DNA of 64,000 bases from an uncultured Gammaproteobacteria bacterium (GCA_964345375.1 CAYFQP010000003.1:8875-72874); one strand, 5' to 3'; positions 1 to 10,274 are shown, counted from the first letter of the stretch. Notes: generated from the sequence alone by a model not told the origin. Program-made: numbers and translations.

Positions 1-240
1 AATCATAGTCATGCAGGAAATATCAGGCGGATCCGATTGCGGAATCTGTAACCACCATGTTCTTCCGGTTTCTTTATTAATGGCCAACAATGCTACTGCC
101 GTAATCCATGCCTCACGCTCTTTTTTATACTTATTAGATTTAATAGAAACTTTACCCACTTTGCGGGCAATATCCCAGAAATAATTTATAGCGTATCTGG
201 GAGAAAACCAAACGTTTTTATTCCAACCAACAGTTTCCAT
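1..240 (-). CDS. hypothetical protein (N-terminal part, gene continues beyond window start)
   Basis: Minus-strand ORF starting ATG at 240 (METVGWNKNVWFSPRY...) running off the window; no recognisable domain. Confidence 0.3.
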   Translation of the reverse strand, partial: METVGWNKNVWFSPRYAINYFWDIARKVGKVSIKSNKYKKEREAWITAVALLAINKETGRTWWLQIPQSDPPDISCMTMI

Positions 241-262
241 TTAAATTAACTTTCTCTCAACT

Positions 263-335
263 AAAAAAGCCCCTCTCGGGGCCTTGCTGGATTGAGGGCC
301 TTCGGCCCCTTTTAAAAAGCCCAGTCAGACTGGGC
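263..335. terminator. cluster of three GC hairpins with flanking A/T runs (two minus-strand, one plus-strand intrinsic terminators)
   Basis: GCCCCtctcGGGGC (269-282) preceded by A6; GGGCCttcGGCCC (296-308) followed by CTTTT; GCCCAGtcagaCTGGGC (319-335) preceded by A5. Confidence 0.45.
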
Positions 336-449
336 AGGTTAGGTCAATTTTAGCATTTTTGCCAACTTACAACAAGGGTCAAATTAAGCAACATATAGCC
401 CTATAACACTTGACTTTTAGCATTTTACCAGCTAGAATTCGTTTCTAAA

Positions 450-845
450 ATGGCAGAAGCCTTGAAAAAAGCTCAACTCCTCGAAAAACTCTGGCCGTTT
501 GAACAAGTTGGGGTTGTGTCTAGACAAGACCGCAAACAGTTACCCGAAACCCCTCTAAACGCAAATGATCTTACTCCTGGAAGTAAATACCGGATTAAAG
601 ATGGCTCATCCGGGAGAAAGTTTGGTATCCAATATCACGGCCAAGATCCAGATAATGAGGAACGGGCACAGTTCACTAGGTTAGATGAAGCAGGTAACCC
701 CGTTTTTGATCTTTATCGTTTTGCCGAAGAACCTCGAAATTACGGACCAAAATATTGTAAAGCTGGACTCAAAACATTAGGGCTAACACCACTAGACAAT
801 GGACAATTCAGTTCTGTCTATGTAACTCCCTACCAAGGGGCCTAA
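450..845 (+). CDS. hypothetical protein
   Basis: 131-aa ORF; TTGACT-17-TAGAAT promoter at 409-438 ends only 11 nt before the ATG; terminator follows. Confidence 0.5.
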   Translation: MAEALKKAQLLEKLWPFEQVGVVSRQDRKQLPETPLNANDLTPGSKYRIKDGSSGRKFGIQYHGQDPDNEERAQFTRLDEAGNPVFDLYRFAEEPRNYGPKYCKAGLKTLGLTPLDNGQFSSVYVTPYQGA

Positions 846-908
846 CTACACAACTTCTCTAATTAAAAAAGCCAAGATTTATCACTCTAACAAATTCACT
901 GCTAAAAA

Positions 909-947
909 ACAAGGGGAAATTTGCCCCTTGTTGTTATATTTTTTTTA
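909..947 (+). terminator. rho-independent terminator
   Basis: CAAGGGGaaatttGCCCCTTG stem-loop followed by T-rich run. Confidence 0.6.
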
Positions 948-966
948 TTTGCTATAATCGGGAGCT

Positions 967-1881
967 ATGCCTGAAAAAAGAGAAAGAACTATTGGTCCAG
1001 AGATTTTAGCTCATTACCGCCAATTCAGCTCTTTTACCTATCCTGGCTTCTACCAGAAGGAGTTAATGAGTTTACCAGACAATGTTCAAGAGATTGGCAA
1101 GCTGGTAAGGGTACAGCTTATTCCTTTGGCTGTCTTGAATATGGGAAACGCTCTTTCCAATGAAGACCAGAGGTATGGGGATATGACCAAGGTTCCTCAA
1201 TATCGCCAGCGCGAAGACGACAACCTTCCTACAGCAGCAGCCATGCTAGCAGAGCTTTATAGAAGAGACAAAAAAGGCTTGGTTTTTAACCGAAAAGAAA
1301 AAGATCGCCTGGTGGTAACCTGTAGGAATACATCATTGCTCATGGCTTCTATTCTAAAATCCAAAGGAATTCCTGCTCGGGTGCGCTCAGGTTTTGCTCC
1401 TTATTTTGAGATCTATGGCGACGATATAAGCGTTGATCACTGGCTAAATCAGTATTGGGACGAAAAGAAAGGCAAATGGGTAACAATCGATGTTGATGGG
1501 AGCATCGAGCCTTATTTAGAACTTGATCCCTATGATATGCCAAAAAACGCTTTTGACTTCCCGGCTGATGTTTGGCTGGCAGTCCGGCAAGACGAGGCTG
1601 ATGAGGAAAGATTTCATAATCAGGCTGGGTGGAGTGGTCTAGCAGCCATTTCTGAAGCTCTTTTTTATGACTTCCATTCCCTTATGGGCAATGAGATCGT
1701 TTATCTCCATTATCCCCAATATGCTTATGGACGTTTCGATCAATTAACAGATGCGCAGCTTGGAGAGCTCGACAACCTAGCCAGATTGATGCAGAAACCA
1801 GACCAAAACTTCTCCAGGTTAAAAAATCATTGGGAAACCCAAAAAGAGTTTAGAATTTTGAAAGGTGGAACCATTCAATAG
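967..1881 (+). CDS. transglutaminase-like cysteine protease domain protein
   Basis: CRNTSLLMASILKSKGIPARVRSGF (Cys core), downstream HW...D (VDHWLNQYWDE, TIDVDG) consistent with Cys-His-Asp transglutaminase-like fold; TATAAT 953-958 is 8 nt before ATG. Confidence 0.55.
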   Translation: MPEKRERTIGPEILAHYRQFSSFTYPGFYQKELMSLPDNVQEIGKLVRVQLIPLAVLNMGNALSNEDQRYGDMTKVPQYRQREDDNLPTAAAMLAELYRRDKKGLVFNRKEKDRLVVTCRNTSLLMASILKSKGIPARVRSGFAPYFEIYGDDISVDHWLNQYWDEKKGKWVTIDVDGSIEPYLELDPYDMPKNAFDFPADVWLAVRQDEADEERFHNQAGWSGLAAISEALFYDFHSLMGNEIVYLHYPQYAYGRFDQLTDAQLGELDNLARLMQKPDQNFSRLKNHWETQKEFRILKGGTIQ

Positions 1882-1945
1882 GAGCAGGCTAGTCCAAAGA
1901 CTGTTAAAAAGTAAGGGAAAATAAATCTGGTATACTCAGTTTCAG

Positions 1946-2353
1946 ATGAGCAAACTTTATCAAGACACAAAAAGGTGGGTAGAAGAAAATTGCTTTAACG
2001 CCAAACATCTAGTCCGGAGTGCTTATTGGGTTAAAAAACTTGAGCCTAAAGCTAACAAGGCCGTTCTCATTGCTGCTCTCACCCATGATGTTGACCGAGG
2101 TCTTTCCAGGCTAGAAAATCATGAATTTGGGGGCACTTATGAGCAAGATTTAGTTAGAGACGCTGACAGCATTTCTTTTCTAGAAGTTGCTCCTCCAGCC
2201 TTCATTAAATTTATTCCCCAGAAAAGAACCAAAGACGAAGTCCGAATAAAGTTCAAGTTCATGTACGAAAGAATTACTCTTCCTAAGGCTAAAAAACTAG
2301 CCAAGTCTTTCCTTAAAAAGGCCATGGCTGAGCTTGAGAAAGTTAAGGAATAA
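1946..2353 (+). CDS. hypothetical protein
   Basis: 135-aa ORF, no confident domain (weak HD-like ALTHDVDR). Confidence 0.4.
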   Translation: MSKLYQDTKRWVEENCFNAKHLVRSAYWVKKLEPKANKAVLIAALTHDVDRGLSRLENHEFGGTYEQDLVRDADSISFLEVAPPAFIKFIPQKRTKDEVRIKFKFMYERITLPKAKKLAKSFLKKAMAELEKVKE

Positions 2354-2445
2354 AGAAAGCTCCCGAGGTGATTCTCAAAATAAGAAGATTGTCACCTTAC
2401 GATGTGTTCTGACTTACATCTTTATAGATTGATATAGCAGTCCTT

Positions 2446-3204
2446 TTAACTGGCGAGCCAGCCGCCGTCAACATAAAGAACCGCGCCGGTAATATAGTCT
2501 GCCTCATCAGAAGCCAAGAAAGCAGCCGCCGCCCCAATATCTTCAGGTTTCCCCACTCGACCTTTGGGAATTCTTGCCATTAAGCCTTGCTTTGTTTGCT
2601 CATCACTAAGCATGTCTTTGGTCATGTCAGTATCAATTACTCCAGGAGCAATGGCATTAACATTAATACCTTTCTTACCCAAGTCTAGAGCCAAATTCTC
2701 AGTCAAAGCCACCACACCACCTTTTGAAGCCGTATAATGAGAAACTCTCGAAAAACCTATACCCACTCCACCAGAAGCAATTGAGGCAATATTAATAATT
2801 TTAGCACCCGAACCCATTAGCTTCACTGCCTGCTGAGAACATAAAAACTGGCCTTTAAGATTAACATCTATCACCTGATCCCATTGCTCTTCAGCTAATT
2901 GCTCAAAATCAGCAAACTGGACAATACCAGCATTATTGACGAGAATGTCCAGCTTCCCCCACTGATTTTTAACATATTCGAACATCTTGGCTACTTGTTG
3001 CGAATTAGAAACATCCGCGGCCACGGCCACGGACTGCCTCCCCATTTTCTTGATTTCTTCGACCACTTTATCTGCCTCTGCTTTATTCGAGCGGTAATTA
3101 ATAATCACATCTGCTCCCTGAAGAGCTAAGGCTAAGGCAATCCCCCGGCCAATCCCCCTTGAAGCACCGGTGACCAAGGCTTTTTTACCTTCTAAAGAAA
3201 ACAT
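2446..3204 (-). CDS. SDR family oxidoreductase (FabG-like 3-oxoacyl-ACP reductase / glucose dehydrogenase type)
   Basis: TGASRGIGRGIA Rossmann motif, NNAG, YTASKGG catalytic Tyr-x3-Lys. Confidence 0.85.
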   Translation of the reverse strand: MFSLEGKKALVTGASRGIGRGIALALALQGADVIINYRSNKAEADKVVEEIKKMGRQSVAVAADVSNSQQVAKMFEYVKNQWGKLDILVNNAGIVQFADFEQLAEEQWDQVIDVNLKGQFLCSQQAVKLMGSGAKIINIASIASGGVGIGFSRVSHYTASKGGVVALTENLALDLGKKGINVNAIAPGVIDTDMTKDMLSDEQTKQGLMARIPKGRVGKPEDIGAAAAFLASDEADYITGAVLYVDGGWLAS

Positions 3205-3270
3205 TTCTTCACCCCCTTTCGAAACTGATTCTATACTACCAGATTATTAAATAAGAAGCCAAGAAGTAAA

Positions 3271-5496
3271 TTATAAAGAAGTCCGCTTTAGCCTTAATGA
3301 ATTTAGAACTACCGAAAGCGAAGAAAAGGCCATTGCTCCTGAAGCAAAGATCGGGCTTAAGAGAATTCCGAAAAAAGGATAAAGAATGCCGGCGGCAACA
3401 GGAATCAAGGCAGAATTATAGAAAAAAGCCCAAAACAGATTCTGTCTGATCGTCCGCATCGTCAACTTAGAAAGTTTAATCGCTTCAACTAAATCCATCA
3501 AATCTGACTTCATTAAAGTAATCCCGGCTGACTCCATCGCCACATCAGTGCCTGCCCCCATAGCAATACCCACATTAGAGGCTGCCAAAGCGGGAGCATC
3601 ATTGATGCCATCACCGACCATAGAAACAATTTTCCCTTGTTTTTTGAGCTCTTTAACCTTCCCCTCTTTCGCAGCCGGAACCACCTCAGCCATAATTCTT
3701 TCCTTGCTAATCCTAACCTTCTTACCAATTGCCTCAGCTGTTCGAGGATTGTCTCCTGTTATGAGCCAAACATCAAGTCCCATTTTTTGTAAAACTCTGA
3801 CTGCTTTCTTAGAATTTTTCTTAAGAGTGTCCGCCACTCCAATGAGGCCAATAACTTTTTTATTGAGAGTCATTAAGATGGCTGTTTTACCCTCATCTTC
3901 TAGTCTCCTCATCCCCATTTCTGCCTCCTTAGAAATCTTAATCTTAAACTGACTCATTAAGGCCCGGTTGCCCTTAATAATCACCTCTTTACCTATATTT
4001 GCTCTAATTCCCTTACCAATTATGGCCTGAAAGTTTTTAGGCTCAATTAATTTAAGTTTTAATTTCTTGGCTTGCTCAACCACTGCCTGGCCTAAAGGAT
4101 GTTCGCTTCTTAGTTCAGCACTGGCTGCCAATCTTAGCAGCTCATTCTTGCTTTCATCTCCCAAACTAATAACGTCTGTCACCTCAGGCTCACCCTTGGT
4201 TAAAGTCCCGGTTTTATCTAAAACAATTGCTTCTATTTTATGAGTAGTCTCTAAGGCAGCCGCGTCTTTGACCAAAATACCTCGCTCAGCTCCCTTACCT
4301 GTGCCCACCATGATTGCTGTTGGCGTTGCCAAGCCCAAAGCACAAGGGCAGGCCACAATTAAAACCGCCACAAAAACAACCAGAGCAAAAGTTAAGCTCT
4401 GGCCACCAAGCAACAACCAAAAACCAGCCGATAAAACAGCAATAAAAATCACTGCCGGAACAAAATAGGAAGCCACCAGATCGGCCAAACGTTGGATTGG
4501 CGCTTTTGAACCCTGAGCTTCTTCAACTAACTTAATAATTTGGGCCAAAACCGTCTCTTTGCCTACTTTAGTAGCTTTGAACTTAAATGAGCCAGATTTA
4601 TTAATCGTTGCTCCAATTACCTGATCGCCCTTCCTCTTCTCCACCGGCATACTTTCCCCTGTCACTAATGACTCGTCAACCGCAGACTGACCCTCAATAA
4701 TCACGCCATCTACTGGAATTTTCTCACCTGGTCGAACAATAATAATCTCGCTAACCTTAACCTGGTCTATGGGAATATCCTTTTCCTTACCATTTCGAAC
4801 CACTCGGGCTGTTTTCGGGCTTAAACCCATTAACTTTTTGATCGCCTCAGAGGCTTGCCCCTTTGCCCTTGCCTCTAAAAGCCTGCCTAACAATATTAGG
4901 GCAATAATGATAGCGGCGGTTTCAAAATAAACTTCAGGCTGGATACCAGTCGGAGTTAAAATTGCAGGGAAAAATGTAGCTATGGTTGAATATAAGTAAG
5001 CCGCTGAGGTGCCGACGGCAATCAAAGTATCCATGTTGGCGGAAAGATTTTTTAAACCCCGCCAGGTACCCTGGAAAAACTCTTTTCCTGCCCAAAAAAG
5101 GACTGGGGTTGTTAGGACAAACTGGGCTTCTGGAATCATTAATTTGCTCATCCCTCCAACCAGAACGATCGCGGCTAAAAGACCACTAATAAAGACTTTT
5201 CTCTTTAACTCTTTTATCTCTGCCTCTTTCATCATTACCGCATGATCATGATTTCCTATTTTCTCCATATTTTCTTCAGGTTTTTGGGTAGCAACAAGCT
5301 CGTACCCTACTTTTTTAACAATCTCCGCCAGCTTCTCTACATTTATTTTTTTCTCATTAAACTCAATTGTCACTTTTTCAGCGGCAAAATTAACTAGCGC
5401 TGACTTAACGCCATCTATTTCCCTCAACGCTTTCTCGATTGTGGCCGCACAGGTGACACAATGCATCCCTCTGAGAATAAAATTTTGCTTTTTCAT
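3271..5496 (-). CDS. copA: copper-translocating P1B-type ATPase
   Basis: N-terminal [18 protein letters not shown] transmembrane motif, [15 protein letters not shown]. Confidence 0.9.
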   Translation of the reverse strand: MKKQNFILRGMHCVTCAATIEKALREIDGVKSALVNFAAEKVTIEFNEKKINVEKLAEIVKKVGYELVATQKPEENMEKIGNHDHAVMMKEAEIKELKRKVFISGLLAAIVLVGGMSKLMIPEAQFVLTTPVLFWAGKEFFQGTWRGLKNLSANMDTLIAVGTSAAYLYSTIATFFPAILTPTGIQPEVYFETAAIIIALILLGRLLEARAKGQASEAIKKLMGLSPKTARVVRNGKEKDIPIDQVKVSEIIIVRPGEKIPVDGVIIEGQSAVDESLVTGESMPVEKRKGDQVIGATINKSGSFKFKATKVGKETVLAQIIKLVEEAQGSKAPIQRLADLVASYFVPAVIFIAVLSAGFWLLLGGQSLTFALVVFVAVLIVACPCALGLATPTAIMVGTGKGAERGILVKDAAALETTHKIEAIVLDKTGTLTKGEPEVTDVISLGDESKNELLRLAASAELRSEHPLGQAVVEQAKKLKLKLIEPKNFQAIIGKGIRANIGKEVIIKGNRALMSQFKIKISKEAEMGMRRLEDEGKTAILMTLNKKVIGLIGVADTLKKNSKKAVRVLQKMGLDVWLITGDNPRTAEAIGKKVRISKERIMAEVVPAAKEGKVKELKKQGKIVSMVGDGINDAPALAASNVGIAMGAGTDVAMESAGITLMKSDLMDLVEAIKLSKLTMRTIRQNLFWAFFYNSALIPVAAGILYPFFGILLSPIFASGAMAFSSLSVVLNSLRLKRTSL

Positions 5497-5506
5497 TGTT
5501 CTTCGA

Positions 5507-7063
5507 TTACCTTACATAGGGACAATTAGGGCGACCACAGCCTCCGCCACAGCCTCCGCCACAACTACATCCCCTTGCCCCTGAAGGTATCTCTTCACCA
5601 CTAGGAATAATCACTTCTCTCGCAGAACCTGATTCATCAACCACCTCAATTACTCCAGAAATCATCCCCATCCAACAACTGAACTTATATCGGCCAGGCT
5701 TTTGAGGAATAAACTCCTTGACGGCCAACTCTTGGTTTAAATCAATTTGGCCTGAAAATAGACCCTTAGAGACAATTGCGTTGGTGCAACCACTAACTCC
5801 TTTATTAGTTATCTCCCATCTTGCTGGTACGCCTGCCCGAATTTTAAATTCATTGGGTTCATAACCGTAAGCCAGAGCATCCATCTTTAGTACTTGTTTG
5901 CCGTTAATAACAGGGATAAGTCCATCTGTACGGATTTGGGTGCCTAAGAGGCTGGGCCTGAAATCGTTTAGGCTTGGCAGACCCAAAACATTCAACTGGG
6001 AATTAAAAGTATAAAGACCAAAAAATAAAACTAAAATTCCTGCAACTTTAAGGAATTTCTCTGACAAATGGGGTTTTGTTGTCAGTTTCAAACTGGAAAA
6101 ACCAATTGTCACTAACATTGGCAAGGTTCCTAAGGCAAAAAAGAATAAAATCAACATCCCTCTCACACTACTTCCTGAAGCTAAGGCTAATCCTTGGGCA
6201 GTAATCGCAAACCCACAAGGCAAAAAAAAGGTCAAGGCACCAATGGTAAATGGCATATAGCGACCCTTAAGATTTCTCTCATCAGCGACAAAGCGAGAGA
6301 TAGATTTAGGCATGATTATCTGGAATCTTTGGAAGCGCCTGATGCCTAGCATCTGAAGAGCGAGTAAAACCATCATCACCGAAACTCCAATCGCTAAAAG
6401 AGAAGTGCCCATTAAGGAAACTCTAAAAAGTGAGCCAATCGCTCCAAGAAATGCTCCCAAAACAGCAAAAGAGACTAGCCGACCAAGATTAAATAAAAGA
6501 TGAGGCTGGAATCTTATCAGATTAGGAGTACCGTGTTCGAAAATTTCTGCCCATTGTTTAGACATTGATAAAACAATTCCTCCTACTAAAGCTGCACAAC
6601 TAGAAATTCCAGCAATCAAGCCAAATAAAAAGAAGGCAGGAAGTGGAGAAATTGAGCTCACCACCACTCTTGAAGCAATTCCTGTCTGATTAAGGAAAAT
6701 AAAGCCGAAAAGCAATAATAAGGCAATCCCAAAGATCTGAAGATAGCGGAAAAAAAGAACTTTATTAATCATCAGTCCTCCCTCATCAAAAGAAAAAAGC
6801 GGCACTCTTTTCCCTTCCTTAACTTGTTTTTCAAAAAAGGTATAGCCTTCTTTCTGAAATTGCTTATTAAGTTCACTTATAGCTGGTTTTTCTCCTTCAT
6901 AATAAATAGATACCTGCTCTTTGCCCAGAGATGCTTCAACTGCTTCTATGCCCTTCCCCTTAAGAAGTCCTTTTTCAATTATCAGCTCACAGGAAGAGCA
7001 ATGCATTCCTTTTACATAATAAGTGATCTCTTTGAGGGAGGGTTTTTTATTTCTGTCAACCAT
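5507..7063 (-). CDS. heavy-metal-associated (HMA) domain fused to a polytopic permease (TauE/SafE or CcdA-like) with C-terminal cupredoxin-like domain and Cys/Gly-rich tail
   Basis: N-terminal [15 protein letters not shown]; about 8 TM helices; C-terminal beta-rich domain ([17 protein letters not shown]...[12 protein letters not shown]) and tail [16 protein letters not shown]. Confidence 0.45.
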   Translation of the reverse strand: MVDRNKKPSLKEITYYVKGMHCSSCELIIEKGLLKGKGIEAVEASLGKEQVSIYYEGEKPAISELNKQFQKEGYTFFEKQVKEGKRVPLFSFDEGGLMINKVLFFRYLQIFGIALLLLFGFIFLNQTGIASRVVVSSISPLPAFFLFGLIAGISSCAALVGGIVLSMSKQWAEIFEHGTPNLIRFQPHLLFNLGRLVSFAVLGAFLGAIGSLFRVSLMGTSLLAIGVSVMMVLLALQMLGIRRFQRFQIIMPKSISRFVADERNLKGRYMPFTIGALTFFLPCGFAITAQGLALASGSSVRGMLILFFFALGTLPMLVTIGFSSLKLTTKPHLSEKFLKVAGILVLFFGLYTFNSQLNVLGLPSLNDFRPSLLGTQIRTDGLIPVINGKQVLKMDALAYGYEPNEFKIRAGVPARWEITNKGVSGCTNAIVSKGLFSGQIDLNQELAVKEFIPQKPGRYKFSCWMGMISGVIEVVDESGSAREVIIPSGEEIPSGARGCSCGGGCGGGCGRPNCPYVR

Positions 7064-7074
7064 TAATCAATAAG

Positions 7075-7620
7075 TTAAAAAAGATCAGCGGTCGCCTCAA
7101 CATCAGCCAGACCTATCACCAATCTTCCATTAGTTACTTCGACGTCTTTATCGATTGGTCGAGGATTACAACCACCTTTTTGGAGAGCAATCTGATCCTT
7201 AGAATACATCACTCGACAGTTTTCGCAACGAATTTGATCGCCAATCTGTTTAAACCCCTTTTGAGATTCGAAACAGACTTCGCAAGCATTAGCCGCCGCC
7301 CTATAAGTTCCATCCGAGGCCTTAACAATAAAAAGATAGATCGTCTTTCCTAGTCTTTCTGAATAATAATTAAAGGGGTGCAAATCGCCATCATTAACTT
7401 TTGATTCCTCTATATAGACTCTTTCCCCTTCTGCCTGAATCGTCTCTCCTTTTTCGCCCAAAAACTTCTCATTTTTTATTGGAGCAGCTGTCTGTCCTTT
7501 TTTACTACCAGTATTCATGTTAATCAGAACTAAACCAAAAACTCCGATGATCACTATTAAAAGGCCAATCGGAATAGCTGCCAACCATTTTTTATCAATT
7601 CGTAATTCATCTTTGCTCAT
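7075..7620 (-). CDS. membrane-anchored CxxC-pair protein (DUF2318-like)
   Basis: N-terminal TM helix; CEVCFES...CENC plus GGC; same operon as copA. Confidence 0.35.
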   Translation of the reverse strand: MSKDELRIDKKWLAAIPIGLLIVIIGVFGLVLINMNTGSKKGQTAAPIKNEKFLGEKGETIQAEGERVYIEESKVNDGDLHPFNYYSERLGKTIYLFIVKASDGTYRAAANACEVCFESQKGFKQIGDQIRCENCRVMYSKDQIALQKGGCNPRPIDKDVEVTNGRLVIGLADVEATADLF

Positions 7621-7973
7621 GGCAATTCTCCTCCATTACAAGCAGCCTTGCCTTGGCATAACCCTCTCTCACACTGTGGGCAAGGCTCTTTCCCTTGAAC
7701 AATCAAGTCGTCACAAGCACAAGTTCCAGCCTGATAATGATTCCATTGATTAGCTTCCATATAGCACATCGTGCAAGGAGGTTCAATACAACATTTATAG
7801 ACTCCCTCTCTCACTACCTCAGCTATTGCTTCGTCCCTTTCTTGGATAATTCTCTGCCATTTTTCGTTTGAGCTTAATTCATTAAAGTTCGGAGTTTTCT
7901 GGTATCGGAAAAATAAAAAACTAGCAAACCCGCCCATAAATAATAGAAGAATGGCAATGATTATTTTTTTCAT
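7617..7973 (-). CDS. cysteine-rich (13 Cys) membrane-anchored small protein, putative metal binding
   Basis: N-terminal TM; CCIEPPCTMCY, GTCACDD, PCPQCERGLCQGKAAC. Confidence 0.4.
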   Translation of the reverse strand: MKKIIIAILLLFMGGFASFLFFRYQKTPNFNELSSNEKWQRIIQERDEAIAEVVREGVYKCCIEPPCTMCYMEANQWNHYQAGTCACDDLIVQGKEPCPQCERGLCQGKAACNGGELP

Positions 7974-8236
7974 TAACTTTTCTCCTTAAAAACTTCGACA
8001 ATTTCCTGATAAACCCTTTTTCTTTCTTTTTTGTTTTTATTTGTTGCAACCCGGGCAACACAAGTATCTAAGTGATTTTTTAAAATCAGTTCATTAACTT
8101 TTTTAAGAGCGGCAATGACCGCCTGATTTTGACGAATAATATCAATGCAGTATTTCCCATCTTCAACCATTTTTAGGTTGGCTTTGAGGTGGCCAAGAAG
8201 ATAATTCATCCGGTTGATAACTTTTCTGTCAGCCAT
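7973..8236 (-). CDS. csoR: CsoR/RcnR-family metal-sensing transcriptional repressor (copper)
   Basis: DUF156-like helical protein with Cys (YCIDI) and His/Cys (HLDTC) ligand positions; start moved to MADRK ATG at 8236 because the upstream part of the track ORF is the promoter/operator. Confidence 0.7.
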   Translation of the reverse strand: MADRKVINRMNYLLGHLKANLKMVEDGKYCIDIIRQNQAVIAALKKVNELILKNHLDTCVARVATNKNKKERKRVYQEIVEVFKEKS

Positions 8237-8243
8237 GAGAAAA

Positions 8244-8272
8244 ATTCTAACCCCCCTAGGGGGGGTTGTCAA
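8244..8272 (-). promoter_or_regulatory. csoR promoter with operator: TTGACA-[ACCCCCCCTAGGGGGGT]-TAGAAT, transcript start ~7 nt before ATG
   Basis: Minus strand reads TTGACA, 17-nt spacer consisting of a C7-TA-G6 palindrome, TAGAAT, 7 nt, ATG. Confidence 0.65.
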
Positions 8273-8281
8273 GAGGTAATT

Positions 8282-8836
8282 TTAGACTAAAAATAAACTA
8301 AAAACAAAGAGGATTATAAACATTAAAAGCAAATAAAGAGCTTGAAAATTATCCGGAAGATGAATATTTACTTGCCAAAGCCAAGAATCCATCCCGCCTG
8401 TTTTGAGAAACTCGTCAAATTGACTAATTAAGGTCTGTAAGAATAAAACCAAGACTAAACCTTTCCCTAGTAAGCCTGCCGAAGAAGTCAAAACAAAGAA
8501 AACCGCGACCAAAAGGACAACCTGGAAGAGAACAGAATGGAAAATTAATCTTTTTCTTTCACCTTGCGTTTCAAAAAGGAGAGCTAAACTATAACGATAT
8601 TGTCCCTGCTGAAGATAGCGCTGTAAACGCTGAGGCGTGAATTCATGAGGATTTTGAAAAAAACAGTAAACCAAATGGTCTAAATCTAAAAGGAAGGCAC
8701 CGATAAAGCCTCCTGCCCAGAAACCTATCAATTGAAGTTTCTCTTGCCAATGAAGCAGGCTGAAAATTCCTAGAAAGATAACAGTGGGTATCAAACGCTT
8801 GAGAATCTCCCTCCTCATGCTTTTATAATAGCACAA
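8282..8836 (-). CDS. hypothetical polytopic membrane protein
   Basis: 184-aa ORF with about 5 TM segments. Confidence 0.45.
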   Translation of the reverse strand: MCYYKSMRREILKRLIPTVIFLGIFSLLHWQEKLQLIGFWAGGFIGAFLLDLDHLVYCFFQNPHEFTPQRLQRYLQQGQYRYSLALLFETQGERKRLIFHSVLFQVVLLVAVFFVLTSSAGLLGKGLVLVLFLQTLISQFDEFLKTGGMDSWLWQVNIHLPDNFQALYLLLMFIILFVFSLFLV

Positions 8837-8851
8837 CCCTTGTTCTATGTT

Positions 8852-9583
8852 CTACGCCCTATGCACTAACTCTTTTAGAGTCTCCGCATTCTCCACTGCG
8901 TGGCCCAAGGCATCATTATTAAAGTAGGCATAAACATCTAAGTCTCTTTTTAGCCATCTATTTATCTTCCTCCCCCATTTTTTTAATTCTTTATCTGAAT
9001 AATTTGAGGTATAAAGACGAGCTCGGCCATGAAATCTTAAATAGACAAAATCAGCCGTCACCTCCTCTGTCATCGGCCAGTCAGGAAAATCCTGAAAAAC
9101 AATGGCGGAATTATATTTTTTAAGAATCTTAAATATCTCTTTGTCTAACCAACTTTCCTGCCTGAATTCAAAAGCGTGCCTGAATGAAGAAGGTAAAATC
9201 TTTAGGAAATCTTCCAAACGCTCAGGATTTACCTGCATCCGAGGTGGCAGCTGCCAAAGAACAACATCTCTGTCATTTCTGATCGCGTCCGCCGCTTCAA
9301 AGAATCTTCCTACTGCTTCTTGACAGTCTTTCAACCTCTTAATATGGGTAATATAGCGACTGCCTTTAATAGAAAAAGTGAAGCTTTTGCCAGCTGTTTT
9401 TCTCCATTTCTCAAAAGTCTCTTTCTTGGGCAAGCGATAAAAAGAAACATTTAATTCAACTGTATCGAACTGTTTAGTATAGTATCTAAACCAGTCTTTT
9501 TGAGACAAGCCTTTAGGATAAAAAACTCCCTTTCCCCAATGAGGATAGGAAAAGCCAGAAGTGCCAATATAAACTCGTTTCAT
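8852..9583 (-). CDS. DUF72 family protein (YecE-like)
   Basis: IGTSGFSYPHW...FYP N-terminal signature. Confidence 0.8.
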   Translation of the reverse strand: MKRVYIGTSGFSYPHWGKGVFYPKGLSQKDWFRYYTKQFDTVELNVSFYRLPKKETFEKWRKTAGKSFTFSIKGSRYITHIKRLKDCQEAVGRFFEAADAIRNDRDVVLWQLPPRMQVNPERLEDFLKILPSSFRHAFEFRQESWLDKEIFKILKKYNSAIVFQDFPDWPMTEEVTADFVYLRFHGRARLYTSNYSDKELKKWGRKINRWLKRDLDVYAYFNNDALGHAVENAETLKELVHRA

Positions 9584-9861
9584 TTCCTTATCTCAAACCC
9601 AGAAAATTCCTTGCTTGCTTTTTTCCATTCAGCTCTGATCTCATTATTTCCTGTCCAGGCAGGGCCTTGCTTAGATTTCTCGATCATCTCTTCTACTTTT
9701 TTCTTTTGTCCTTCAAAAACTGCTTCTACCCGACCATCAGGTAAATTCTTTACCCAGCCAGTTAAACCAAGTTTAGAAGCCATCCTTCTTGTCCAATAAC
9801 GAAAACCTACTCCCTGAACCCAACCAGAAATAAAGACGTGAGCTTGAACTAAACCTGGCAT
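9580..9861 (-). CDS. acyP: acylphosphatase
   Basis: VxGxVQGVGFRYWT signature; overlaps neighbours (operon). Confidence 0.85.
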   Translation of the reverse strand: MPGLVQAHVFISGWVQGVGFRYWTRRMASKLGLTGWVKNLPDGRVEAVFEGQKKKVEEMIEKSKQGPAWTGNNEIRAEWKKASKEFSGFEIRK

Positions 9862-10154
9862 TTTTTTAAATCAACCTGTTTTTTATCTTTAAACCTCACT
9901 CCTTCTTTTAAAAGTCTTCTTTTATGCTCTCTCCAACTTTTCCCAGCAAAATTTAGGGCTAACCTTCCTTCTTGATTGACTACCCGATGACAAGGAATTA
10001 TTTTTAGATCAGGATTGTGATGAGGGGCATTGCCAACTGCTCTGGCTGCCTTAGGCTCGCCTAGCTTCTTGGCAATCTGTCCGTAAGTAGCGACTTTACC
10101 AGGAGGGATTTGTCTTATGGTCTGATAAACCTCTTCGGAGAAAGTTTTACCCAT
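9849..10154 (-). CDS. ogt: methylated-DNA-protein-cysteine methyltransferase DNA-binding domain protein (MGMT family)
   Basis: PCHRVV active-site motif, YGQIAKKLG. Confidence 0.85.
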   Translation of the reverse strand: MGKTFSEEVYQTIRQIPPGKVATYGQIAKKLGEPKAARAVGNAPHHNPDLKIIPCHRVVNQEGRLALNFAGKSWREHKRRLLKEGVRFKDKKQVDLKKCQV

Positions 10155-10274
10155 CCTAAAGCTATCTTACCACAAAAAGAGACCAACTTTATAATCAGTC
10201 GGTCTTCAATAATTGCCCTTGCTCGGGATAAACTTATTCTTAATCCCGATTTCCTCTGGACTCTTGTCTTAAGA

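Noticed and set aside
8237-8272. N-terminal 12 residues (MTTPPRGVRIFL) of the csoR track ORF
   Set aside because: They are the translation of the promoter and C7TAG6 operator; the internal ATG at 8236 gives a normal-length CsoR
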